This document shows positions 33,305-47,109 of a DNA stretch of 64,000 nucleotides, one piece after another. Under the pieces are notes generated by a model. It was given only the letters and a program-made list of their open reading frames with translations, had not been told where the DNA came from and made no database searches. The stretch comes from the human T2T-CHM13v2.0 reference genome, Homo sapiens. A program made the translations under genes and the position numbers. Within the stretch, counting starts at the first letter, position 1; each line of letters starts with the position of its first letter. Location: the NCBI RefSeq assembly GCF_009914755.1, contig NC_060928.1; one strand, written 5' to 3'.

Positions 33305-34500
33305 AAGTGGTTATCCATATGAGGCAAATTAGATTGGATACCTATCTCCAATAGAAATCAGTTCGAGGTGAATTCCAGGAAAATACTTAAAACATTTAGA
33401 TTAAAAATAAATGAGAATTTTTGTTACTTTTGGTAGGTCATAGAACCAAGAAAAACAAACATTAAGGAAGAAAAGTGAAAATATGACTACATCGAAATAT
33501 AAAGCTTCTCTATTTGGATGATATCATAAGGTGACAAATCATAAACTGTAATACTTGCAACATATATATGAGTGAATAAATATACATTTAGAATATATAT
33601 GAACTCCCAAAAATCAACGGAAAAATAAGACATAGAACAAGCAAAATGCATAAACAAAAGAAGGCAAAACAAAAATAATGACTCATAATTATATGAAAAG
33701 AAGCTCATCTTCATAGATGAGCAGATAAATGCAAATTAAAACCACCCTGAGATGCTTTTTACATCCATGAGCCTGATAAAAGTTAGAGTCTAAAAGTAAT
33801 AATTAACAGAGACGGGAAGTAACAGAAAATCTCGTCCATTACTGGTTAAAGTATAAACTGATACAGCTACTTTATAGAATATTACATTATAGAATAAAGT
33901 TGTGAGTATGTATATGCAGTGACTCAGCATCTTCATTGCTAGTATGTACTCAAGAGAAACTTACAGGAGTGGACTAGGAAGTAAATACAAAACGATTACA
34001 ACATTGTTTGTTATATCAAAAAATAAAAGACACCCAATTTTCCAGCAAAAAAATAAGTAAAAATAAATCCTGGTGTATTCTAACAATGGAATAATATATA
34101 GCCGTTAAAATAAATCAACTATTACTGTACATATGAATGTAAGTGTCAGCAAAACATATTGTTTAGTGAAAAAGTAAGAAGCTGAAGAAGAATATATACA
34201 ATATGGTTACATTTATATGAAGTCCAAAAACTTCCAAAATAAAGAAATGTATTTAGAAATAGATTCACATGTGAGAAAACTAGAAGAAAATTAATGAAAG
34301 GATAAAAGGGATAGAAGTAATTCTGAGTAGTTGAGGGGATTTCAATTGGAAAAAAAATAGTATCATATTCTTTAAGTCAGGTAGTGAGTATTAGCATTTA
34401 TTTTACCATCGCTCTTTATTCTTATAGCTACATTATATATTTTCTATGTATTGAATGTATTTTTTGCATAATTAAATATTATGCAATAAAAATGAGAAAA
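33305..34500 (+). mobile_element. L1ME-like 3' remnant (continues from ~32270-32812)
   Basis: Degenerate ORF2 C-terminal phrases (AAATGCAAATTAAAACCACCCTGAGAT) and an L1ME-type 3'UTR. Confidence 0.55.
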
Positions 34501-34763
34501 TAAAAAAGTAGAAAATGATAAATAACATACAATAAAGAAATAGAGAAAAAATTATAACCTAGTTGAGTAATGGTATATTACATAGCTATTTTCTTAAGTA
34601 GATGTATGTACATGATGTATGCACGATTGTACATACATGTTCTTAATTATAAATATATGTACATATTTTTAATATAAAATACTAAGCAAAGTACACCAAA
34701 ATATTAGCTCCTATGTTAGTAAGATAATTTTTTTTTTTTGTATTTTAAGTTTTATATAGTAGG

Positions 34764-35147
34764 TGTATTTGTCTGTTTTCATACTGCTATAAAGAACTGC
34801 CCAAGACTGGGTAATTTATAAAGGAAAGAAGTTTAATTGGCTCACAGTTCAGTACAGCTTGGGAGGCCTCAGGAAATCTACAATCATGGCGGAAGACAAA
34901 GGGGAAGCAAGGCAGCTTCTTCACAAGGCAGCATGAAGGAGAAGTGCCGAGCAAAGGGGAAAGAATCCCTTATAAAACCATCAAATCTTGTGAGAACTCA
35001 CTATCACAAGAAGAGCACGGGGGAAACTGCCCCCATGATTCAGTTACCTCCACCTGGTCTCTCCCTTGATATGTGGGGATTATGGGGGCTATGGGGATTA
35101 CAATTCAAGATGAGATTTAGGTGGGGATACAAAGCCTAACCATATCA
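34764..35147 (-). mobile_element. THE1D (MaLR) solo LTR
   Basis: TGTATTTGTCTGTTTTCATACTGCTATAAAGAACTGCCC...AAAGCCTAACCATATCA. Perfect 5-bp TSD GTAGG (34759-34763 / 35148-35152). Confidence 0.92.
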
Positions 35148-36256
35148 GTAGGCATGTGTTGAATTTTAAACTCAGAGAAAAATACTAGTATTTTTATAGG
35201 ATTTTTACTAAAGAAAAACCAGAAAGTAATAAACCATCTACGCTAAGACATAAAATTCAGTTGTTTAGTTACAAGATAGAACGTGGCCTTGTAAGAAAGC
35301 AAATTAACTTCTAACATACAAAGCCTTAGAGAAGATTCAAGTGACTGACGGATCTTAAACAGAGCTATTATTACAACTCAAACTGCAATAAAATATCCTC
35401 AGCAACATAGATGTGTGTGTTTCACTAGTTAGAGCAATACAAATTTAATGAAACTCCATTGGTGGTGTTTTTAATCAGACAATTTCTGAAGATGTCCTGG
35501 CTTATTCATAGATGCAAACCAAATCTCTAGAAGAGTACCATAATAAGAAAAAAAAGAATACAGGCAATTGAGAGCTGTTCCAAAGTTTGGGGAGTTTTTG
35601 TAAGGAATTAATAAATAAAAATGTTCTTGAAAGAGAGAAATTAATATGCAGTTCATACTGCCAGAATTGCAGGCAATTTATCAAAGTCCCCTAATCCTCC
35701 AAAATCACTATTTTTTTTTTGACACACACTTTACAGTACAGAAGAAAATGTCTCCGGCAATAAATCACAAAGTTAAAATTACCTAGTCTACAATTAACTA
35801 GACAGTGATGGTAAATCATTTTCTACCAAAAGAAAGAAATGTCTTGTCTATTCAGGTTCTGCTCTACGTAAAAGTTTTCCTTGTTGGCGAGTAAGTGGAT
35901 AGAAAATCGTATTTTATACGTACATTCAGCTTAACTATCATTCAGCTCAGAAAGATGACTCAGGGCCTTATCCATACCTTCAAGTTTGCTCTTAGCAAGT
36001 AATTGTTTCAATATCTATATCAAAAATGGCTTAAGCCTGCAACATGTTTCTGAATGATTAACAAGGTGATAGTCAGTTCTTCATTGAATCCTGGATGCTT
36101 TATTTTTCTTAATAAGAGGAATTCATATGGATTAGCTAGAAAAAAAATTATTAAGAGGAAAATCACCTGGAAAGTTATTATATTTTAGATGTGAGATCAT
36201 TTCCAAATTCCCCAGTGTTCATATTTGTCAGTGCAAGTAAAGAGACTTAGTGCTGA

Positions 36257-36646
<390 letters not shown>

Positions 36647-38228
36647 AGGGTACACTTTTAAGCAGAGACACTACTTTGAAGATCATAAAAAATATAATAA
36701 GAAACAAGGCTAATTTCCTTTAATAATAATAACAATAAATTCCTTTAATAAAAATATAAAGGAATAATATAATAATTTTCTTTAATAAAATATAATAAGA
36801 GATAAGGCTAATTTCCTTTAATAAAATATAGTAACTACATACCAACACAGAATTCCAAAAAAAGAAATGGAGAGGAAGGGAGCATGGGTCATTAATCTTG
36901 TCAAAAATATAAAATTATATACGAGGAATTGAGAATGATTTTCCTAGAAACTGTTTTCCTCGTCTGCGGCCATTGTGCTGCTGCTACACAGACTACTACC
37001 GCAAACAGCCCTTCACGCCCTCCTCCCAGTACAAAGCTAATTGACTTCTGAGAAATGTTAAGCTTGGAAGAGTCAACATTGCTGCACTTATTTTTTATTC
37101 TACTCTGACATTAGAATAATCCTTGAGTGGGGGAAAGGTTAAAAACCCCTCTGGATAAGTGTTACTAATTAATGATGATTGTTCTAAACAACGTTTGGAT
37201 AATTTTTCCTTGTCCCTTGACATAAACTTGATAAATAACTGAGAAGTGAGAAGGAGATTAGTGGGTTGATTAAATTCCATTCAGGTACTTAAAAGTTAGC
37301 TCCAAAAATTTAGCTATTTATAAATTGTCATGCATTGTTAATGTATAAGAGATGTAGATTTCATTTCTCTTTGGTGGAGCGAGATGAAGCAGTGAATCAT
37401 TGAAGACTGAAAGAAAGAAAAAGGCCTTTTCCCTTTTCCTTGAGAAGCATCATTAGTTAAAAATATGTTAGTTGATACCAGAGGACTCTATTTAAAGGGA
37501 CAGCAATAAGCAAATTGATTACTCTGGTGATTATTGGAGTGACATTGCCTTTTAGTTGGACTTTCACAAAAATTCACAATATTTGCCAAAGTCAAGTTAT
37601 CCATTACACTATTAATTTGTCATTCTTTTGTTTATATAGTCAATATCTCTATCTCAACTGGATCTATCTCAACTGCTTCTAAACATGCCACCATAGTCTG
37701 TCCCATTTCAACAATCTAAGTACTATTTCATTTCTTCTTTTCATATTTTTGAAAACTTTTGAAAAACTACCTATTTTCCTCCTCCATTTCTTGTTCATTC
37801 CATTCTAGAGGACATGGAATCTGTTCCTCCTCCAAAATGGAATTTGGTAACCCTTAAATTACTAAACCCAAAATAATATGTTGAAGTTTTTATCTTTACC
37901 TCTCAGTGGCATTTAATGATAAGACCACTACCTTCTTCTCTTTTACTCTTCTTTCTTGAATTCAGTCAAACAACGTACTTATATTTTTCGTCTTATTCTC
38001 CATCTTAGAAACCACCTCAGCTTTCTCCATTCAGCCACAAAATTGTGCTTTTCCTCAAAGATTAATCTGCCTCTCCTCTCACTCTATACTATCTCTGTTA
38101 CTAATTTTATTTGTGCACATTTCTTAGATTACTGGGCATTATATACACATATGCATGTGTGTACATGTGCACACACACTATATGTGGACATGTATATATA
38201 CGTGTGTGTGTATATATATAGTATATAT

Positions 38229-38520
38229 ATAAATTACAATGATATAACATAAAGGTGACATTTTAAATTAGTGGAAATTACCCTGATTTGATCACTGCAC
38301 ATTGTATACATGTAAAGAAATATCACTCTGTATCCCAAGAATGTATACAATTATGGTTTTTCAAATGAAAAAGTTCATACATTGAAAAATTTTAGATAAA
38401 TATCAAACTTTCTCTGAAACTGTAACTGTAAAATGTAAAAAACAGTAATTGCTATATTGTTTATTTCTGAGTAGAAGAATATGAGACATTTCCCTAATCA
38501 TTATGTGTAATTACAATTAC
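38229..38520 (+). repeat. Rearranged local copy of 42086-42133 plus 41256-41513
   Basis: Alignment by eye; see findings. Confidence 0.85.
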
Positions 38521-38607
38521 ATGTCTATATGTTTATATATTACATACATATATATATATATATGTAATGGTAATTACACATAATGATTAGGGAAATGTCT
38601 CATATTC

Positions 38608-38608
<1 letters not shown>
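38476..38608. repeat. Perfect 39-bp-arm inverted repeat with a TA-rich spacer
   Basis: AGAATATGAGACATTTCCCTAATCATTATGTGTAATTAC (38476-38514) and its exact reverse complement (38570-38608). Confidence 0.95.

Positions 38609-38653
<45 letters not shown>
38608..38653. repeat. (TA)n(GA)n compound microsatellite
   Basis: Direct reading. Confidence 0.9.
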
Positions 38654-39702
38654 AAATATATGAGGGAGAGAAAGAATCTTTCCATCTCCTTTGAGTTCCA
38701 CGGTGTTGAGAGTCAGGAGAACTACAATTGCTTCATCATGCCTGTTTGCAGTTATAGGGCTTTTGAACCATTTGTTCCCTCCTTAGATATCATCATTTTT
38801 TTCAGATTCTTGCTTAGAAGTCACTCCTCTGTGGACCTCCTCTGACATATTAAAAGTAAACATTGCAGTCCATTATAAGCTGCAAGAGGACAGGGATTTT
38901 TGCCTGTTTTATTCCCTACTGTATCACCAGGGGCTACAGCAATATCTGACAAACAGTGGGCATGTAATGAATATTTGTTAAGTGAAGTAATAAATTCAAT
39001 CAAATCACATCACCTGTTTAAAGCCCTTCATTGGCTTCACATTGCACTTAAAGAGAAATTCTACAATATAAGTTCCTGCAGAATGCAGACACTTTCTACT
39101 TCTCCAGCCTCTTTTCAACTCCTCTCCTACTAGCTTCTGTATTTAAGCCACATTATACCTTTCTTCAGTTTTTTATATAGACTTCGTTGCATCACACCTC
39201 AGAGATTCTGTACATGTTCTTCCTCCTGCCTAGAAAGGATCGTCTTTCCACTTTTGCCAACTAATCCCTGCTCAACTTTTAATCTCAGCAGGAGGCCCAT
39301 TCTCTTTTGCAATCCTCTGGCCTCCAGCCCATTTATTATATGCTCACATGTCAACATGTACTTCATACAGCATGCAACACAACTGCACTTTTATATTTTA
39401 ACAAATTATATTTCCCATATTGAACTGTAAGTCTCCTGAAAGGAGGAATTTTTGTTCTTGCTCATCATCAATTTTTTCAACATCCAGTGCACCATTTAGA
39501 ACTTAGATGTAGTCAATACAGGTTTGTGGAACGAAAGAGGAAAAGAAAGAATTAATATTCCTTTAAATTAGGATGGCAAAGATTGTATATAGAAAATTGG
39601 CTAAGTGGTGGTCCATTCATGTTTGCTCCCAATTAAGGAGCACAGCTATGAAAAGGAAGGCTTCAAACTAATAACCAATAGATTTTTTAAAAAAAGAAAA
39701 CT

Positions 39703-39997
39703 GGCCAGGTACTGTGGCTTATGTCTGTAATATCAGCATATTGGGAGGCCAAGGCAGGATTACTTGAGCCCAGAAATTCCAGACCAGCCTGAGAACCTGG
39801 CAAAAGTCTGTCTCTACAAAAAATACAAAAATTAGCCAAGTTTGGTGGCATGTGCCTGTAGTACCAGCTACTTGGGAGGCTGAGGTGGAAGAATAGCTTG
39901 AGTCTGAGAGGTCAAGGCTGCAATGAGCTGTGATCGCACCACTGCACTCAAGCCTGGGTAATAGAGTAAGACCCTGTCTCAAAAACAAAAGAAAAAT
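39703..39997 (+). mobile_element. AluJ
   Basis: CTTGAGCCCAG and GAGGTCAAGGCTGCAATGAGCTGTGATCGC J-type features, with an A tail. Confidence 0.9.
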
Positions 39998-41204
39998 CAC
40001 TAAGCAAAATAAGACATGTGAAGTATCCTGTCAAAGATAAGAAAAATTAGGGGAACATTAAAAGCTTTCTTCCCAAGTCACTAAATCAACTTGACTAACA
40101 AAATTACAACTTGATTTAGCATTAGAAAATTACATTACATATCAAACATAAACCCATTAATCAAATACTAAAGTAATTTCTAAGTTAAATGGTATAATGT
40201 TAGCTTATGCCAGAGCTGACCTTGAAAGATTGTTCAAATATGGCTCAGTGTGATTGAAAGTTCTGTGTGAATATGTTTTTGTAAAGATCCAACAGCAACT
40301 CCTTAGTGTATGTTTTTGAAATAAAATGTATCTGAGTAGCAGCAAAGTTATTCTCAAATTTCCATTTTATAGCTGGGGATGTTATATTGTGACATATATG
40401 ATAGGACCCAATATGGATTAATTCCTTTTAGAAGTCAATCAGGAAGAGGGGAGCGGTTAAAACCGTTTTTGGTTTACAAACATTAGAACAATTTTCTCAT
40501 TCACACCATCTGATTATTGTATTTTATTTTTTCCCCAGCGTTTAGACTACACAATGAGTTAAGAATGATAAAAATAAGCTCACCAATATACTATGTACAT
40601 ATTTACCAAAATCTGTGCATGCCTATACATATACACACAGCTGATAATTTATTAGTTAGGCTCATTTGTAGTTTTTGTCACTATAGACCAGTATTTTATT
40701 TAAATTGAAGATTAGTATACATTTTAAATGATTAGTCAAAATAAAAAATCTAAAATGTGCTCTAAATACCTCTTAGGTCAGAAAAAAAAAAGCCAAAAGC
40801 TAGAATATAGAGAAATTAAGAAATGCCCTAAATTTCTAATCTGACAAAAATTCATACAAGATTTAAATATTTTAATGGAAAACAGAACAGAACTAATCAT
40901 TGAAGAAATTATAGAAAGGAAACAAAATAAACAGATTATATGGAGGATTTTTAGAAGATAAGTAAATAAATTAATATACTAGGAAAAAACAAAGGAAATA
41001 TAATTGATAAATAAGGTAAGAGTTCTTTTGAAATAATGATAAAATAGAAAATCTCTGTCAAAACTAAAAGGAAAGATGCATAAATATATATATAAATGAT
41101 AAAGATGTTGCCTACATATATGACATTTTTCAGAATCAAAAAATTTAAATTTCTGTAATAAAATTTAAATGTTTATAAATCTAAAAAACTAGAAGAAAAT
41201 GTTG

Positions 41205-41345
41205 ACTGTTCACAATACAAATAAATGACAAATATTTGAGGTGATGGATATGCTAATTATCCTGATTTGATCATTGGACATTGTATACATGTATCAAAAT
41301 ATCACTCTGTATCCCACGAATATGTACAATTATTTGTCAAATGTA
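41205..41345 (+). mobile_element. L1MA-type extreme 3' end
   Basis: TTTGAGGTGATGGATATGCTAATTATCCTGATTTGATCATT...ATATCACTCTGTATCCC...ATATGTACAATTAT. Confidence 0.8.
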
Positions 41346-42909
41346 AAAATTTCATAAATTGAAAATTTTTAGATAAGTATCAAACTTTCTCTGAAACTGT
41401 AACTGTGAAATGTATGTGTAAAATGTAAAAAAAGTAACTGCTATATTGTTTAACTATTTCTAACTAGAAGAATATGAAACCTCTTCCTAATCATTATGTG
41501 TAATTACAATTACCTTAATACTAAATATGGCAAAAGATACAAATCAAAATTATAAATAGAATATTATCAAATTAAGACCAGCTTTATATAACATGAATGA
41601 AATACCCAACTAAGTATGTATTATTCTGGAAATTTTTTAAAAACTTCATTTTTAGAGAATTGATTAAAATATTTTATCACATCAAAAACTTAAAGGGTAG
41701 AATTATATATTTTTTTCAATATGTGGCAAGAGCATATTTGATTAACTTTCAAATTCTTACCCTGTTTTATAGAGGTTAAAAACCTCTACTGGTTATATTA
41801 AGTGAGATATTTTATACAAATTATTTCAGTTAATACTCTTCATAATCCTGAAAAGGATATATTGTCAACTTTAATTTATTATTGTTCCTATTTTAGTAAT
41901 AAGTTTACATAGATCTTTCCTCAAAGTCGTGAATATAGCATAAAGCAGAACTGAAATGTCAACCTAAGTCTGTACATCTTCAAACGGTGAACTCTTAACA
42001 ACAAATTGCATATTCCAACACAATAATAGAAAAATCAATGGAATTGCATAGAAAGAGAGAAAGAGTAGCAATAGACCTAGTTAAATAAACTACAATGGTA
42101 TAACATAATGGTGGCATTTTAAATTAGTGGAAAGAAATGAATTATTCAAGAAAAGGTGTTGAAACAACTGGCTAACCATTTGGAAAAAGGATAACATTGA
42201 TTCCTACCTTGTGACATAAACCAAAATAAACTCCAGATGGATTATAGATTTATGTTCAAATATTGAAACCAAATTTATTCCACATGTCAACTAAACCCAG
42301 AAAATAGAAGGCTGGTTGGTTTTCACAAGCTTAGGTACATTTCGAGAACAAATATGAGGCACTTTAAAAATGGAAACTTCCATTTTCCACTTCAAATTTT
42401 GGGAAATTCTTTTTTCTAATATTATTAGACATTTTATATTAAGTGGCTATATAGTGAGAATGCCACTGGATAAAACTAGAACATACATTTCTATTTTCCT
42501 ATTCCTGACCTCACTCTTTCCAGGTAGGTAGATATTAGTTGTAATTTTATAGTTCTAAAAATTTGCCTGATTCTATTAGAACAAACATTTCTGGTTACAA
42601 AGAGAATGACTGAGCAATTGTACAATACTTTAGGGAATGAAGAGAGGACTGAATGGAATGTCTTCTAATTTCCTCCATAAAATATGGAAAAAATCCCACA
42701 TTGTTTATAATAAACCTGAACACTCAAAAAATTTGATTCAAATATTTCTCAGTGTTTCAGTTGTATTCTTATATCTGTTAGAGTGCATGATCTTCAGGTA
42801 CATAGGCATCATTTATTGTTCTGCAAAATTAGATTCATGGCATAGAATAGTGTGATCATTCAAGCAAAATTCAAGCAAAAGCTTGATTGTGTCATGAACG
42901 TTTTAATTT

Positions 42910-43420
42910 GTTCAGTTCATTCATGCTACAAATACATATTGAATAACTATCAAACACCTCTCTTCTAGGGTTGGATATACAAATCATACTGCCTTCCATC
43001 AAAGGGCTTACATCAAAAGTCAAAGAGAATGTAGTATATTAGGCACTCTGATAGGAATAAAACACACTGCCTGAGCACCTGTGGATGGGGAGCATTGATA
43101 ACAATACTGATGAGTAAAATGCTTTCCTAGGGGGGCTGATGTTAGTTAAAGTTGAATCATGAGAGATAAGTCTAAGTGTTATCCAAAAACAGAGGTGGCT
43201 GGAACGAGAAGAAAAGACATTATCAAGTAGGAGAAAAACATGTTTACAGACCAGAGGCAAGAGAGACTATGGAGAATTATAGGGGAACTAAGAGTGGCTT
43301 CATAGGGCTGCAATGGTGAGAAGTGGCAAGCAAGAAAGCTAAAGGGTCTGGGTCTTGAAGAACCTGAATAACACATTAAATTCAAAGCTTTATCATCAGG
43401 GTAATATGAAGCAGTTGACT
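42910..43420 (-). mobile_element. L2 remnant
   Basis: TTGTTCAGTTCATTCAT...ATATTGAATAACTAT start, then a purine-rich L2 antisense body. Confidence 0.6.
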
Positions 43421-44299
43421 TGAGACCATTGTGGAGCCATCACCTATAAAAGAGAGCACCAGTGTCTACCATTCAGGCTGCACATCACACACACCTTACT
43501 GCAGGCTGCAGAGCCAGTCAGCGTGTCCTTCTTCTAACAAATGACTTGAACTCATTATAAAATGTCCCTTTGCAAAACTCAGTCATATCCATTAGTCTAG
43601 GATTTTCTGGCTTTCAATCCCCACACCAGTCACATGCATCCCTCATCTGGCCAAATGTCATGTTTAGGCTTCATTCCATTCATCGTTTCACTCTACCCTA
43701 TAGACCTCTAGTACCCAATTTATAAACTTGCATAAATCATTATTTCCTCTGAATATGATGCTTGCTTTTTTATATTAACTGAATCCCATTTACATGGAGT
43801 TTGTTTCTTCTCCCTCACATCACACATCTCATGGCAGGATATTCCCTGCCCTCAACTACTACTTCTGTATTATTTGACTCCTTTCTGTATCATTTGACTC
43901 CTACAAGCCCTATCATCTCCAACACTCAAACCATCTAATTTTACCACTGCCTTCACCAATATTATCTCCAGATTTTTGATTTACAAACAACTGTGACTTT
44001 GCTCAAAACTTTCAACTTTATCAACCTACACTTGGAGTCTCAGTTCCTTGAACACCTTACCTGTATCCACCTCAGCCACCCACTGGCATGATCAAACCAG
44101 CAACCTTATCATCACCAACAGTTGCACCATCTCCAATACCTCAGTATTGCCACCTCATCCACCGTTCCAATAAATTTACCTATACTACTTTCCCACCATT
44201 CATCACCACCGTCTTGCTTCACTTCCCATTATAAACACTCCCTTACCACACACTCTCAACTCCCTTGCCCCTATTTCACTCAAAAATACTCAATTGGTC

Positions 44300-44740
44300 T
44301 TTTGGCCAGAATGCTTTTTGTTCCAGGTGGAAGGAACACAATTTTACCCACTTGAACAAAAAGGAAACTTTTCTTGTGCCTCATAATTTGGAAATCTGAG
44401 AGACCAGAACATCTGTATCCAGGGTTCAAACATGATCAACAGGCTCTGCCTGTCCATCTCTTTGTTCTATTTCCTTCCATGTGATAATTATTTCTAGCCA
44501 GGTACGATGACTCCCTAATAATAGACTTAAGTAATCTTTGAAACCAATGACATTAGAAGAAAGGAGATCCAGTATATCTATCAAGCACTTATAAATGACT
44601 CTGACCCTACTTGCATTATATACCTGCCTCTGCATCCATCACTGTGGACATAGAAATGGGGTAAACTTGTTTCCCTTTTTAAGATTCAAGACTTCACCTA
44701 TGGTGAAAGAAATGAGGCAACAGTATTAACTTGATAGCTC
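44300..44740 (-). mobile_element. Old MLT1 (J/K/L-like) LTR remnant
   Basis: CAGAATGCTTTTTGTTCCAGGTGG...GTATCCAGGGTTCAAACATGATC...CCATCACTGTGGACATAGAAATGG. Confidence 0.5.
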
Positions 44741-45991
44741 CACCAGATTCACATGATAGTGTAGTTTTCAAAGAGCAAAAATACCAATCCTTACTACATC
44801 CCCACCAAATACAAATCTTATTCATGTTTGTACACAAGCTTCTGAAGTTAGAGAGGAAAATCGCTTAACCTCGCTTAGTGATTTCCATTTAAAATCAGCA
44901 ACACAAAAATTCAAATGGATATTCACTGTTGTCCAACAAGCCTACTTCTCCTCTTTAGTAATTTTATTCACCCACTCCCTAGGTTCAGTATGTCATTCTT
45001 TTCCTCCCTCCTCAATATTAAACACACCTTCCCTACCACATTCACAGCATATATAAGCTGCTGTAGAGGAATTGCTTACCTGTTCATCACAAAATATATG
45101 TGTTCCTAGCCTGCCTCAAGAAAGATGCCTGGAAAAACTGAAAAAAAGACAGTAATACTCACTAACAAATAGAACACCGGAAAAGGACAAGAGGGAGGTC
45201 TGGGGAACAACCATGATGAATCCCCTTTGAGACATTTTGATATCCAAGTGAGAATTTCTGGCAGTGCCAGAAGCTCAGGAAAGTCCTGGAAACTCATCAG
45301 AATGCGTGTACTCATTAAAGGCACTGTGGTTGCCAGTTAGATCAACCAAAGAGATTGTATACAATAAGAAAATAGCAAAATGGAGTCCAAAATTACCAAC
45401 AGAGTCATTAAACAATCTCGCCAAAGAAAAACCAAGATAGTAGAAAGAAGATGGAAGAAAATGCAGGAGGGAGTGTATACAGAGGGTCATGAAGAAGGGG
45501 ATATCATGGAAACCAACGGCAGAGGAATTTTCATTTCTGATTTGATCTAATGTATTCTATTTATCCACATGAGGTTATTATCATTAGAAACATCAATAAG
45601 CACTTTCAGTTCAAAGAGAATTATTAAATGTCAAATGGTACTTGTGGTTAACTAAGAGAATGACTGATTTTAAAAAGACAACTGTATTTAACAATCAAGG
45701 TTAATTTCTGACATTTTGAGGTCAATTCCATTGGAGCAATTTAAGCAATGAATTGAAGATAAAAGGTACTGAAACTGAGAAAGCTTAGGTCCTGAGATGC
45801 TAAGGTTCGCTATTCAAATCACTTAATGGGTAGGGAGAAAATACATATTTTTAGTTTGAATGTGATACTGGATTGTTTTTGATAATGTATTAATTTGAGT
45901 ATTCCTTGGATATGTAAGTATAGGCCAAATGAAAAGATATTTAGGAGGAGGCTCAACTTGTTTTTAATGCAGTCCTTAAGCTAAAGAAAGT

Positions 45992-45993
45992 GA

Positions 45994-46034
<41 letters not shown>
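45992..46034. repeat. (GA)n microsatellite
   Basis: Direct reading. Confidence 0.9.
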
Positions 46035-46919
46035 CAAGAACAAGCTGGTCTGGCTCAGTTCTCCAGAGTAGAAAAATTGTACAGGAAATAGGACGCCCTA
46101 TAGTGTTTTGGTGCACATATGCCTTTATAACATATTATGGCAATTAGGTAAGTAAGGATTTGAATATTCAGGTTCTAGCTACATATCTTTAAAGAAGCAA
46201 TCAACTTGAAAAAGCTGAAAAACTACTTTGCATAAACACTTTTAATTAGTTTTAAATAGCTCCTACAGTCTTATAAAGACACAAAACTAAGAAGAGACTG
46301 GTCTTAGTCTTGATTTCTAGGTTGTTCTTTATTTCTAGTCTCTTCCCCTCACAGATGCCTAATTAGCTACCAGAATTTACCTTATATGTTGAAAGACAAC
46401 TGGTTCAAAATCACAAAGGTATTTCTCCATCACAACTATCTCTTTTTGACACACATTGAGAAGTAGCAAGCAGTTCAATATCGTATATGTTTAGCACATA
46501 TTTTCGATACAACATGAAAAAATTAGATACAAAATAACCCAAATATGGTTGAGCTTTTTACTTCCAAAGAATTAGGTTTCTCCCAGGAAACTCAGCTAAA
46601 GTACACATGCCTTTATAATGGCTGATTTTGTTTTTCTTTCATGAACTGATCACATCATAATACATTAAATGTCAGCCTTTTCAGCAAGTGTTTATTTTAC
46701 AAAAGTAGGTTGACTACTGTAGGTGTTAAGTGTAGAAATATTTTATAATAAGAAACTACCTGACTCTGCTGAACAATTACATACCTATCTATTATTATAA
46801 ATTTTAAAAATTGTGATCACTTTAGAACAATCATAATAAGACATGTCACTGGACACTGTTATTTTCAATATAACCAAAGAGACTAAAAATTAAATTACAA
46901 TTTACTACTGAAGATATTT

Positions 46920-47099
46920 GGCCTGAAGCAGTGGTACCATGTCTGTGGCCCCACTACTTAGAAGGCTGAGGCAAGATGATTGCTTGAGCCCAAGGGTTCA
47001 AGGCTGCAGTGCATTATGATTCTGCCTGCAAATAGCCACTGCACTCCAGCCTGGGCAACATAGGAAGACCCCATCTCTAAAAATAAAATAAAACAAAAA
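46920..47099 (+). mobile_element. FAM (fossil Alu monomer)
   Basis: Monomer with GCCTGCAAATAGCCACTGCACTCCAGCCTGGGCAACATAG (FAM-specific AATAGCCACTG segment). Confidence 0.75.
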
Positions 47100-47109
47100 T
47101 GTTTAATTT

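Noticed and set aside
35978-36090. Minus-strand AG...AAG|gtatgg pair as a lncRNA exon
   Set aside because: Poor polypyrimidine tract and no other support.
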